Position numbers and translations under genes: made by a program
Assembly (NCBI RefSeq): GCF_006345805.1
Contig: NC_043002.1
Span: forward strand, 56,296,001 to 56,360,000
DNA length: 64,000 nucleotides
Origin: Octopus sinensis
Lineage: Eukaryota
Direction: 5' to 3'
Notes under the pieces: generated by a model
Seen by the model: the letters and a program-made list of their open reading frames with translations, nothing else
What the model was told of the DNA's origin: nothing
Databases searched by the model: none
Part shown: one piece after another, positions 23,159 through 36,099 of the stretch
How positions within the stretch are numbered: position 1 is the stretch's first letter
Layout of the letters: each line of letters starts with the position of its first letter

Positions 23159-26100
23159 ATGATGATGATGATGACGACGAAAGTCTGTGACTTAGAGAAA
23201 AAAAACTCTGAGGGTAGTGGTGGTAAGGAAGTTAGTTATCCTCTAACCTGAATGTGTACAACAGATAAAACTCCACTGAGAGCAGAGCACCCACCCAAGT
23301 TCCAGTTAGCTAGGTATTGAAATTATCTTTCACAAATTGCAGTTGTGGCAGATACCAGTGTCAAACAAATTGGCACATAAATGCATCCCAGTGTCACACA
23401 AATGGCACCTGTGCCAGTGGTGCATAAAAGCACCCATTACACTCTCAGAGTGGTTGGTGTTAGGAAGGGCATCCAACCATAGAAAACCATGCCAAATCAG
23501 ACTGAAGCCTGGTGCAGCCTTCCAGCATGCCAACTCAGTCAAACCATCTAACCCATGCCAGCATGGACAACGGACGCTTAATGATGAAAGTCAAGATACA
23601 AGGCACAAGCATGACTGTGATAAGTTTGCTTCCCGTCCACTTACTTCTGGGTTCAATCCTACAGCACTGCACCTTAGTCAAGTGTCTTTTACTGTAGCCC
23701 CAGGCAAATTGAAGCAATGTGAAGGGATCTGGTAGATGGAGACTGAAAGAAGCCTGTCATGTGTGTCTCTTTGTGTTTGACCCATCACCACAGCTTAACA
23801 ACCAACCCCAATGTGTTGCTCAGTCCAGGAATCAAACCAACTATCACCAAAATGTGAGTGCAGCACCCTAACTGCTAGGCCACAAACTTTCACAAGGAAT
23901 AATCCTTTCTACTGGAAGCACAAGGCCTCAAATTTGGGGGAAGGGATTAAGTTGATTACATCGACTCCAGTGAGTAACTGGTACTTATTTAATCCCCCCC
24001 CCCCCAAAGGATGAAAGGCAAAGTCGATCTCAGTGGAATTTGAACTCAGAATGTAACAGCAGACAAAATACCGCTAAGCATTTTCGCCCAGTGTGCTAAC
24101 AATTTAGCCAGCTCACCACCTTACAAGGAATAATAATAATAATAATAACGAAATTAATTTTAAATATTCATTCATCCAAGTTATTTGTAAATTTCATACA
24201 AATTGACAGTAACATCTAGTTTTATAAGTATGTAGAGAAACAAACTGATAAGTACAGAAGAACCAACAAGATGAGTAGATTTTGTACTGCACAAGGGATT
24301 TGCCTCAGATATGTACTCTACATGCTTTATGTTCAAACTGGCTAGGGCTGGCCTCTTGCATCTACCCTACAATGTCATTCAAAATGTAACCAAATACATA
24401 ATCGAAATGTCAACGCTACAAGATAATGTATGATTAAAAAAAACAATGTCAATAAATAAACATTACTTTTGACAGTAACATAAATGCTAAAGGATTAAAT
24501 TATTATGGAAGGTAGTAATACTTATTCATTTCTTAAAGAACTTTACGACAGCTCAATATTAAAATACTCTTCTATCTAATGCACAGCCATTGTGTTGTGT
24601 ACCACAGCAAGGCACATTACTGCTTGCTCTCCATTATTGCTTTATTAGTGAATGGTTGGTAGCAAGGAGGTGATTTAGCCATCAAAAGATTCTTATTATA
24701 TTTTGTTATATATTACTATTGAGATACATAGTTGCAGGGGTAAATGCGAGGTATGAAACTTGCTTCCCAACCACATGGTTCCGAGTTCAGTCCTACTGTG
24801 TGGCAGCTTGGGCAAGTGTCTTCTACTACAGCGTCAGGCCGACCAAAGCCTTACAAATGGATTTCGTAAACAGAAACTGAAAGAAGCCTGTCATGTGTGT
24901 GTTTATGTGCCTGTAACTTAGCGGTTTAGCAGGAGACCAACAGAATAAGTACCAGGCTTAAACAATAAGTACTGGGGTTGATTCATTTGACTAAGAATTC
25001 TTCAAGATAATGCCCCAGCATGGCCACAGTCTAAAAATTGAAACCAGTAAATAAAAAAACACACACACACACATACAAGGTAAACTTTATAAACACCTTT
25101 CTAGAAAAACAAACAATTCAGCTTCACTGTATGAAGTAGAAATTGTGGTTAAATCAAAGGTTTTTCTGTCTGAAGTCAATGAAAGGATATCGATCTGATT
25201 AATTTTAATATCAATTATCAGCTCATTAGAGATTGGTCACTTACTTTTCACAGAGGAAATATGAGTAGAGAGCTATTTATAGAGTATGCAAAATTGGACA
25301 GTATTAAATTAGTCTAGCTAATTAGCATGAAGGTATACAACTGATGATTAAGGTGTTGCACTCAATTGTAAGATTGTGATTTCAATTCACAGGTGGCATG
25401 GTGTGGCATGTTCTTGAGCATAACATTTCATTTTCTGTTATTCCAGTTCATTCAACCACAAGTAACCCTGCAACAGACTGGCATCCTGTTCAAGGAAGCT
25501 GTTGTGCTCAGTTACTTAAACACCATGGAAATCAGGCAACATACCCTACCAGTTTTGGGACCCAAAGACAGTCATGTCTGACAGATTACCTTTTTTTTAT
25601 TTTTTTACCTAATTTGCTCAACAAAACAGTATAAGAATTGGCAATTTGAATTAATGGAACCACTGGTCAGCATTGGTAATTTAGTTAGGATAAATAGAAA
25701 CATAAGCTAAATCTTAAAAATATGTGTTTTGTTCAGTACATACAGCTTAACCTTGCTGAGAAAGTGATTGCCAAGCACTTGCATCGTTATGTAAATTAGA
25801 CCAATTTGGTTCTGTCCAAGATTGTGTACTATAAATAGCTGTAAACTAATATATGTTCTGTGAACAAAAAGCACTGGCGAGGTCGCCACTTTACTCACTT
25901 GTAAGGTACATTCCATGTCTTTGCTGTTTATGAGAAAATCTCTCAACACCAAAATGGTGTCATTGTAAAAGCACATGGTCAAATCCAAACATGTATATTT
26001 AAATGACCTTCAAAGCATTAACTACTCAACCATGAAGTGTGACACCATTTACCACAAAATGAGTGATTTGTTTCATCTACAAAGCATTAATACAATTCCC

Positions 26101-28482
26101 CAAAAGATGTGTGTCTTCTGCTTATTTTACTGTAACCCTTTAGTATTCAAGCTGGCCATTTCTGGCCCAGACATTCTGCATGCTTTATGTTCAAACTGCC
26201 CAGATCTGGCCTCCTACATCTACCTTACAATGCCATTCTAAATGTAAGCATTCACATCATCAAAATCTCAAAGCTATGAGATAATGTATGATTAATTCAA
26301 AACAATGTGAATAGATAAGGATTACTTTCGACAGAGCAATCTGAATGTTAAAGGGTTAAACCAGTTTTAGGATTAACTGTCGAAAAATTTGATTTTTTAA
26401 TAAGGGGCAGTTTAAATGCTAGAGGGTTGATTGATCCAATTGACTATATTCTCTCCCTACCAATGAAATCAGCCTTGTGTCTCATGAAAAAGAAATGAAG
26501 TTTCCAGTTTGCAAACATTTCCAGCTACTCCTACCCTCCTTTGTATAATGGAGGGAGGGAGGGTCAGCCATGTATCTCACCTACAGCTAGACACCTGTTC
26601 TTGTCACTCTATTATAGTTTAGCCTCTCAACACCTGGCAGAAAACCACCTCCTCCTCATCTACTACACCTGCTCTCAGTCAAGCAGACCTCGCTTGTGCC
26701 AACACCACAAACAAAAAAAAAGCACCAAGTACATTCCATATATTAGTTGGTGTTAGGATAGGCACCCAGCTGGAGAAACCAAAACAGACCTTGGAGTTTG
26801 ATGCCATTTCCCAGGTCAGAAGAACCTGTCAAGCAATTTAACCCATGCCAACATGGAAGACAATCGTTAATTGATGATGATGGTGGTGATGATGATGTAG
26901 GCAAGAAAGTTTGCACCTCTTACACTCATCTACCATTCAACAATGAACTATTTGAAACTAATTAATTTTAAAATATTGGTTGCACTTCATTAGACACATA
27001 GCTAATGTTTTATATAACAAAGAATAACATCAACTGAATTGACACCAGTGTGTTTGGTGGTAATTATTGACTTAGTCATCATCAACATCATCATTTAATA
27101 TCCATTGTCCATTCTGGCATGGGTTGGCTGATTTGACCAGGACTGGTAACCTGAGAGGCTGCACCAGACACCAATCTCATTTAGCATGGTTTCTACAGCT
27201 GGATGCCCTTCCTAACACTAACCACACCGAGAGTGTAATGAGTGCTTTTACGTGCCACCGGCACAGGTGTCATTTGCATGACGCCAGTGTCTGCTACAAC
27301 TGCAGTTATACTTGGCTTGATGGGTCATCTTCTCAGTGATTACAAAGGACAGTGAACCATAGCAGAATTTGAACTCTGTAAGACGTGCCATTGCCACAAA
27401 GGAAGCACTTGTGCAGATGTCATGTAAACAGCTCCTGTGCTGGCTCCACATATAAAGTTAAAGAATATTTAGTAGAAGTAAATAGCAAATACATAAAAGT
27501 GCCTCCTCTCCTGCACACCATAACTATTATCCTTGCCATCATTTACAGCTGATGTTTTATTAATCTTACATCTTTTACTTGTTTTAATCATTTGACTGTG
27601 GCCATGCTGGAGCACCACCTTGAAGAATTTTTAGTTGAATGAATTGACCCTAGCACTTTTATTTTTTAAAGCCTGGTACTTATTCTATTGGTCTCAAAAC
27701 ACTAAGTCATAGGAACATAAACAAACCAACACTGGTTATCAAGCAGTGTAGTGGGGGACAAATGCAGACACAAACACACATATATATCTATACAATGGAT
27801 TTCTTTCAGTTTCTGCCTACCAAATCTACTCACAAGATTTTAGTCAGCCCAAAGCTATAATAGAAAACACCTGCCCAAGGTGCTAGACAATGGAACTGAA
27901 CCTGGACCATATGGTTGGGAAGCAATCTTCTTACCACACAGCCACACCTGTGCCTATAAATGACAAAACTTTATCAGATCAAGAACCAATTCTAGAGAGA
28001 AACTAATCAGCATCGTCATCATTGAACATCCGCTTTCCATGCTGGCATGGGTTGGACGGTTTGACTGAGGACAGGCAAGCCAGAAGGCTATACCAAGCTC
28101 CAGTCTGATCTCGTAAAGTTTCTACAGCTGGATGCCCTTCCTAATACCAACAACTCTAAGAATGTAGTGGGTGCTTTTTATGTGCCACAGGCACGAGGGC
28201 CAGTCAAGCAGCACTGGCATTGACCACGCTTGAATGGTACTTTTTTACATGCCACTGGCACAGGAGCCAGTCATGCAGCACTGGCAACAACCACACTAAA
28301 ATGGTGCTTTTTACATGCTACATCCAAGAATTCACTGCAACTACCTCAATCCTGTCACACTCTTCTCACTTTAACACATTTACCTACCCACCTTTTTTGT
28401 TTCTCAATTCCTATTCTCTCTCTCTCTCCCCAGATGGAAAAACATTTGCCTCTGTCCCTCTATCATGCTTTTACATCGTTAA

Positions 28483-28710
28483 CCCTTTAACATTAAAACC
28501 AGCCATACAGCCATATCCAGATAAAAATATCCTACTTGTATATGTTCAAACAGATCACATTCAGCCCCTCACACCTATCCTACAATGTCATTCTAAAAAT
28601 AAACAATCACATCATCGAAATATTGAAGCTATGAGATAATGCATGATTAATTCAAAACAATGTGAATAAATAAACAATATATTTGACAGAATAATCTGAA
28701 TGCTAAAGGG
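28483..28710 (+). mobile_element. MITE family B, intact copy
   Basis: TTAA CCCTTTAAC ... GCTAAAGGG TTAA. Confidence 0.82.
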
Positions 28711-29350
28711 TTAATAATACTATCCCAACTTAGTTGACGGGTCTTGTCTTGCAAGTTCCGGTGACCTTCACCAGTGCTAGTGTCACAAAAAAAGCACCCA
28801 GCACACACTGTAAAATGGTTGCCATTAAGAAGGGCTTCCAGCTGTAGAAACCTTGCCAAAGCAGGCACTGGAACTTAGTTCCTGTTGAACCGTCCAATTC
28901 AAAAGACATTAACTGATGAAAAGGGTGAAAATTCAGTATCATCATCATCATTTAATGTCTGTTTTCCATGCTGGTATGGGTTGAACAATTCGTCGGGAGC
29001 TGACCAGACCTTATGTCTGTTTTGGCAGGATTTCTACAGCTGGATACCCTTCCTAATATCAACCACTTTGCAGAGGGTACTGGGTACTTTTTATGTCCCA
29101 CCAGCATGGGTGCTTCCCAGGGAAAGCATGATGGTCTGTATCAAAATGCTTTCCCCATGAGAAAAATTGGATCAATGCTCACTCTAATGAAGCATTCATC
29201 AATTCTGAAGAACTGTCTCTTAGAGAAGAGCCAAATAATTTTTTTTTAATTCACAGTGCAGTGATGAGTCCCCAGATTTAATACCAATTCAAAAACTTAA
29301 GCAACTTTCATTTAGCCTTGTAAGTGAAATGGAGAAGATAAATCATCTAA

Positions 29351-29621
29351 CCCTTTTCTTACTATGTTTCTGCTTTGTTTCAATTAATTTTGAAAAATAA
29401 TTTTGGCATAAACTAAGCCTTTTGATAGCAACCCAGCTGAAAGTGCGTTGTAGTACAAATGTCTTGTTTTCAAAAGTTCGCTTCCACCAAACCTTGGTCA
29501 CAGTTTATGTTTCTAACACTACCTTCATGATAACTAAGTTATTTTACTAAATTCTTTGTTATATCTAAAATTAATTGAAAGAAACACAGAGCATCTCAAT
29601 AGAAATATGGTAACAAAATGG
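29351..29621 (-). mobile_element. piggyBac-type MITE family A, reverse orientation
   Basis: Reverse-complement match to 5993-6214 (GAAACACAGAGCATCTCAATAGAAATATGGTAAC), ending in TTAA. Confidence 0.75.
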
Positions 29622-31554
29622 TTAATGCAGTGTTTAGAACATAATGTGAAATTTTGAGGCAAGGCTTTCATTTCAATCACATTACAAGAGAAAGTTTGCA
29701 TCTCAGAACCACAAACAGTCTCAGGCTGGTTGATATCAAAAGGACTAACGTCCATCTTCCACGCTGGCATGGGTTAGATGGCTTGACAGGATTTAATGAG
29801 GTAGAGGAATTCAATAAGCTTCAATTGCCTGCTTTGGCATGGTTTCTACAGCTTGGTGCCCTCCCTAACACCAACCACTTTACAGAATGGACTGAGTGCT
29901 TTTTATTTGTAACATTTTCAAATTCAAGAAAAAGAAGAAACTTTCTCAACTGAGTCAGTTTGTAGCAGAAGAGAAGGAAAATTATTTGTTGGATTGTAGA
30001 TGTAATTTAAAGGTCCAGCCTTGTTGTATATTGTATTAGATTCTGTTTGAGAATTTGCAATAAGGGTACATGTGCAGTATTCAACCACTTACAACCATAT
30101 GCTTATTGGCAGAATTAAGACAATCCATAATGGCACCACATAGAAAGCACCCATGCTGACCCACATTAAAAAAAAAAAAACACTTGTGCTGGTGCCATGT
30201 TAAAAGCACCTGTGCTGATTTCACCAAGGAAAAAAAAATTCAACCTGGAAAGTGTTTAGCATTAAAAAGGTTATCCAGTTGCAGAAACCATGCCAAAACA
30301 GACAAGAGGAACCTGGTGCAGCTCTCCAGCTTCTGCCAAACCATCCAGCCCATGCCAGCATAGAAAACAGATGTTAAATTATTTTCATAATGACAATGTA
30401 GGGTAGGTCTGAGAGGTCACAACTGGCCAAATTTAAATGTTACAGGGTTAAATACATTGGTCACTAATATAACTAGTTTTGGTATAAAAATACAAATCCT
30501 CAACTTCTTGGTTGGTTACCCAGCATACTATCGACATGGTCACCCATTGTAGAGGAGTTATATTTTATTGAGTATACATCAATATAAAATCACTGATGCT
30601 TCATTGTCATCATCATTCTGATGTCCACCATTCCATATTTGCATGGGTCAGATGGAGTTTACTGAAGCAGATTTTCTATGGTTGAAATGCCTTCCCTGTC
30701 ACTAACCCTCACAAGTTCCCAAATAAGGCATTATTTCTCCATGGCCTGAATATCTTCGTAGAATATTCAAAATGAACAACACTGCTTATATGACAGTGAC
30801 ACTCATTTACAATTATCATGCACTGCCAAGAAGGCCTGCCTCCCAGCTCTCAGTCAGTCACAACAAAGGTTCCAGATAATCCGATCAACAGAACAGCTTC
30901 TTTGTGAAATTAGTATGCAAGTGGCTGAGCACTCCACACACACACATACGTACCCTTAACATAGTTCTCAGGAAGATTTGGCAGAACACAGAATGTGACA
31001 AGGCCTTTTCAAATATAGGCATTATTCATTTTCACTAGATGAGTAAACTGAAGCAATGAGAAAATGAAAGTGCCTAGCCCAAGGTCCTAATATGCTGGGA
31101 ATTGATCTTACAACCTTACAATCATGAGCCAAATACCTAAACCACTGATCCACATGCAAGACAAGGAGACATAAACACACATACAAAGGGCAGCTTTCAA
31201 GTTCCATCAACCAAATTCATTCACGAGGCTTTGGTCAGCCCAGGGCTATAGTAGAAGATATTTGCCCAAAGTGTCACATAGTGGGACTGACCCTGAAACC
31301 ATGTGGTTGGGGAGCAAACTTCTTAATTGCACACCCTCACCTGTCCTATAAGGAGGCTATACACCATGTAATATTACCACCGTTAACAGTAAACACAAGT
31401 TCTCAACTGGTACTTATTTTATTGACTCCAAAAAAGGATAAAACGCAAAGCTGACCTTGGTGAAATTCAAACTCACAATGTAAGGACAGACAAAATGCTC
31501 ACAAGCATTTTGTCTGGTATGCTAATGATTCTGCCAGCTCGCCACCTTAACATA

Positions 31555-31583
31555 ATAATAATAACAATAACAACAACAACAAC

Positions 31584-31675
<92 letters not shown>
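31555..31675. repeat. (ATA)n/(ACA)n microsatellite, ~120 bp
   Basis: Direct observation; it explains the poly-Ile and poly-Tyr ORFs. Confidence 0.97.
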
Positions 31676-31676
31676 G

Positions 31677-31885
31677 AGCACTCAGAGAGCGCAAACCTCA
31701 GCCAAGGCAACACCAACACCCTCTCAATGATTAGCCGGAGATGATTTTTAAAATGAGAATATCTGAAATAAACTCAACTGTTCTCACAAATGAGAATACT
31801 AAAAATGAACCCGACCACTCTCAAAATTTAAGTAGAAAAAAAAAAAAATAATTCAAAATCCTTGTCCGGTACCGGATCAATCCCA
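31677..31885 (-). mobile_element. HINE-like element, 3' half (same family as 8264-8596)
   Basis: GCACTCAGAGAGCGCAAACCTCAGCCAAGGC is the reverse complement of the 3' hairpin plus subterminal repeat. It abuts a long (ATA)n. Confidence 0.7.
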
Positions 31886-32840
31886 ATGGTAGTCATGGAA
31901 TATGAAGGTGGGTGTGCGAGCCATGTTTGTAATGTTGTGTGTCATCTGCAGTGGGGACAGTTTTCTCTAGGAAGGCCTATAGTGTCTTTACGACTATTAA
32001 GATCTATAGTGAAAAATTTGTGCATGAAAGAAAACGGAAACAAATGGATGCAGTACTGTTAACAACACCGTTGTGCACAAAAATGTGAGTCCAAGAAGTA
32101 AAGCTTCCTTCAAGGCAGAGTCAGAAATGCAATTGTCAAGTAAGAGCTTTTAAACAGGAGCAATATATTCAAAATTGGTAAAACTACAAATTGTCGAGGA
32201 TAAATTCATCATCACCGTTTAACGTCCATTTTCCATGCTGGCATGGGTTGAATGGTTTCACAGGGGACTGGTAAGCCAGGTGGCTGCACCAGGCTCCAAT
32301 CTCTACAACTGGATGCCCTTCCTAACGCCAACCATTCAGAGTGTAGTGGGTGCTTTTTCACATGCCACCGGCACAGGAGCCAGTCAGGCAGCACTGGCAT
32401 TGGTCACGTTCAGATGGTGCTTTGTATATGCTACAAGCACAGGAGCCAGTCGGACAGGAAGGCTAGCATCAACCATGTTCGGATGGTATTTTTTACATGG
32501 CACTGGCAAGGAGTCAGGCGGCTCTGACAACGACCCATGCATGAATGGTGCCACACATGAAATTACATTTATTATTGTTATTGAATATGTTAGTGTTATT
32601 TAATTTCTGAATGGCTTTGCTGCTGTTTGTTTACACAGTTTGATTTCTTCATCCATCAGTTTCTACTAAGATAGAGACATGAGTAAAATTAATAATAGAG
32701 AAACAAAAATAAAATTTTGGAAACAGCATTGCTGCCATAATTTACATGGAAACCATGAGCATGTTTTCAAAAGAGATAAGCAGAGAAAGACTTGAAAATC
32801 AACATAAGGTCATAATACTTCATGTAAAGTAAATATAACA

Positions 32841-33022
32841 AATAATCCAAAATCATTGTCCGGTACTGGATCAATCCCAAAATCTAATCAGTTTGTGCCA
32901 GTCACGAGGCTAAAAATCCCTGAAAGTTTCATCCGAATCTATCCAACGGTTCTTGAGATATGTTGTCCACGGACAAACACAACTGAAAGCAATACCTCTG
33001 CCTTCGTTAAGGTGGAGGTAAT
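32841..33022 (-). mobile_element. HINE-like element, 5' half
   Basis: Reverse-complement match to ~8264-8420 (AATCTAATCAGTTTGTGCCAGTCA..CCCTGAAAGTTTCATC), ending GGAGGTAAT. Confidence 0.7.
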
Positions 33023-33364
33023 GACGATTTTAAATTATGGCATAAGGCCAGCAGTTTTGGAGGAGGAGCTAATTTGAATAAATCAGCCCTAGTATTCAAC
33101 TGGTACTTATTTTCTCAACCTTGAAAGTCAACCCTGGCAATAATAAATTATGTCTAAGTAATTAAGTTTAAAATACATGTTGGGAGTTAAAGTTCAATTT
33201 GTAATCACCTGGTTTCAGGTTTAGTCCTCTGGTGTCACACCTTAGGTGTCTTCTACAATAACCTTGGACCAAGCAATGCCACATGAGGAAATGTATTAGC
33301 TGGAAACTGCAGGAAGCCCATTACTGTGTCTGTGCATGTGAATGCATCTGCAAATGCTAGTGTG

Positions 33365-33970
33365 CATGACCGATGACAGTATCGCCTGATTGGCACTCAT
33401 GCCAGTGGAATGTTAAAAGCACATCCGAGTGTGGAGTGTACTCCTCATTCATTGGACAAGAAACTTTGCTTGCAAAGACCTATTGAGGGAAGTGAAATCA
33501 AATCAAAATTGCTGACATGGCTGATGACAGTACTGCCTGATTAGCACTCGTACCAGAACATTAAAAGCACATCCAGGGCCACAGATTGGCTCCCATGCTG
33601 GTGGCACGTAAAAAGCACCATTCGAGCGTGATCATTGCCAGCGTCGCATTAACGGCACTCGTGTCGGTGACATGTGAAAACATTCAAGCATGGTCATTAC
33701 CAGTGCCGCCAGACTGGCTTCCGTGCTGGTAGCACATAAAAAACCTTTTGGGCGTGGTTGTTGCCAGTACCACCTGACTGGCCATCATGCTGGTGGTACA
33801 TAAAAGCACCCACTACACTCTCAGAATGGTTGGCGTTAGGAAGGGCATCAAGCTGTAGAAACTTTGCAAGATCAGATTGAGCCTGGTGCAGCCTTCTGGC
33901 TCACCAGTGCTGTCAAAACCGTCCAACCCATGCCAGCATGGAAAGTGGACGTTAAACAACAACGATGACG
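33365..33970 (+). repeat. LINE-tail element with ~6 degenerate ~55-60-bp internal tandem units (GGTGGCACGTAAAAAGCACC core)
   Basis: Recurrent AAAAGCAC(C/A) motif at ~33415, 33560, 33610, 33735 and 33805, ending CCCATGCCAGCATGGAAAGTGGACGTTAAAC. Confidence 0.75.
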
Positions 33971-36099
33971 ACTGTCACCATCTGAGAGCAGTGATACCAG
34001 TGTTTACTTGTTGACAATATGATTAGTCACTCTGTATTTCTGAAGACTTGTAAAATAAAGAAATCCCTTACTTGAAAACAGGTAAGGGTTGGTGACAGGA
34101 AGAACATCCAGTCATAAAATTCTGCTCCAAAGAACTCTGTCCACACCCCTGCTAGCATGAAAAGAAAAATAAATGTTAAATGAACAAAGGTATTGAACTC
34201 TTCTGTCAGTGAATGTGAAGAAAACCAAGAACAACATGGGAAGTGGCATGGGTAGGCCTCACAAAAATACTTGACCCTTATAATGCTTCTTTGGCTCTTC
34301 ACATGGTGTAATTGGTGGTATATCACTCTGCAGTGGTAGCTAATGTGGGAGCATCTATATCATGCGCCACCCCAGTTGGTGCAGCTAATGGCACAGTGTG
34401 ACAATGGCCTCAAATCTCTTGCAGCTGGTCTTGGCAGGTATTTCAGGTGGAGGAACAAAACCCCAAGTAATTCCCATAATGCACTGGAGGAGGATTTAAT
34501 GAGAGGTGTTTAGATTAGTACAATCGATTCACAGCTATGGAGTGCAGTGTTGAGAAAGACTACACAGTATACAGTAAATTTTATGGAAAAATGAAAGCTC
34601 TTGTTCTAAAAAATTGTAATGAATCTCCCAAAGACAGCCGATATTTGTTTACTAAATGTCAATGTTGTCATCCTCAGAGAGAATACTCCTGATACTTGAA
34701 AGATGGCAGAACAGATAGCTGCTCATTAGGAAAAGTGAAGGCAGGAAACATTGGCACTCTATTGGCATGTCAGTTCTGTCTTGCTGTTGACAGTTAGCGC
34801 CATCAAATTGTATGTTCTCATTGCCACAGCAAGGACAGTCTGAAGATCTTCCTAAGTACGAGACACCAGAGCACACACACACTGCAGTGTTTGGGTCTTC
34901 TTAATGTTAAAGAGGTTGCCATCTAGTCTTAAGTCCAGTGCCTCACTGTTACTGAACTCAATCTTGTGGAGAAGTCTGGTGACACGCAGGAGGAAAGTGA
35001 AAGAGCACTGGTGCTAGTTAATACCCATATGTGTGTGTCTGTTTTACAGGAAGAACTCAGACTCCTGTAGTCACCCATGCAGTCATCCCAACATGGAACT
35101 GGCAAAGGATATTAACAAATTTATTGGGACAGCTAAACCTAACAAAAACAGTGCAGAATGCTTTGGAAAAAGTTGACAAAGGCCATAAACAGGTCCCAAT
35201 GTTGTTCCAAGCATTTTTATTTTCTGAAAAAGCAGCCTGTGAAGATCATGTCAGTTGTTTTCCTGTTCTTCCTACTTCTATGTTGCAATTCAGGCTGCAT
35301 TAATAACATGTTGCTGCTGAGTCTCTGAAACATCTAAGCCAAGACTTCTACAATAACAGAGAGAAGCTAAATGCCATTACGATCATCCCAGTTCACTTTA
35401 TCATCTTTGTTCATATAAATCAAAACAAATTTTACACAGCCCACACATGGGATGCTCCTATCGTCCTTTCAGGCCATTTTAAAACATTATATCATCGCAG
35501 AAATGATTCTATAAAGGAAAAGAAAATGAAAAATGTATCAAAAAATCCATCTTCTTTGAAAGGGGAATAGCACTATCTACTGAAATCCTTGAGGTTAATG
35601 TCTCATTGCAGGGAAGAAAAAAACAAAATTATAAATAATAGTAACTCTATAGGGTAGCACAAAGAAAGTGTACACTATATCTATATAGTGCTGGTGCCAC
35701 GTAAAAAGCACCTGTGCTGGTATCATATAAAAGCATCCAGTACACCTTAAAGTGGTTGGCATTAGAAAGGGCATCCAGCCATAGAAACCATGCGAAAAGA
35801 CAAATGAAGCCTGGTGCAGTTCTCCAGCTCCGGTCAAACCGTTAAACAGATATTACATGATTATGGTTATATATATACACACACAGATTCAGACTAGAAT
35901 GCTATTAAACTTGCAACTTGAAATAAATAGCCAGACAAGTAGCATGCCATTATTTAGTACACCTGTCTTTTGTTTGAGCTGCCACAACTACTACCATTGT
36001 ATATTTCTTAAACTTCAATTGCTTCTCAATTTTTCAACTCGACTGCCTTCAGTGGATAATAGCAATTTCTTTTTTAAAAGTAGGTTAACAGGAACGATT

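Noticed and set aside
25899-26007. Open phase 2-0 exon candidate (SFKYTCLDLTMCFYNDTILVLRDFLINSKDMECTLQ, donor GTGAGT) that could link the orphan exons to 19422
   Set aside because: The acceptor is weak (AAG) and no family is recognised. It was found by searching for phase compatibility across 31 kb, so chance is likely; it is kept only as a junction to test.
31473-31734. Poly-Ile and poly-Tyr ORFs
   Set aside because: Translations of an (ATA)n microsatellite.
33365-33800. Regularly spaced ~20-bp motif resembling a CRISPR array
   Set aside because: The 'spacers' are homologous to each other (tandem repeat in a LINE 3'UTR), the context is eukaryotic, and there are no cas genes.
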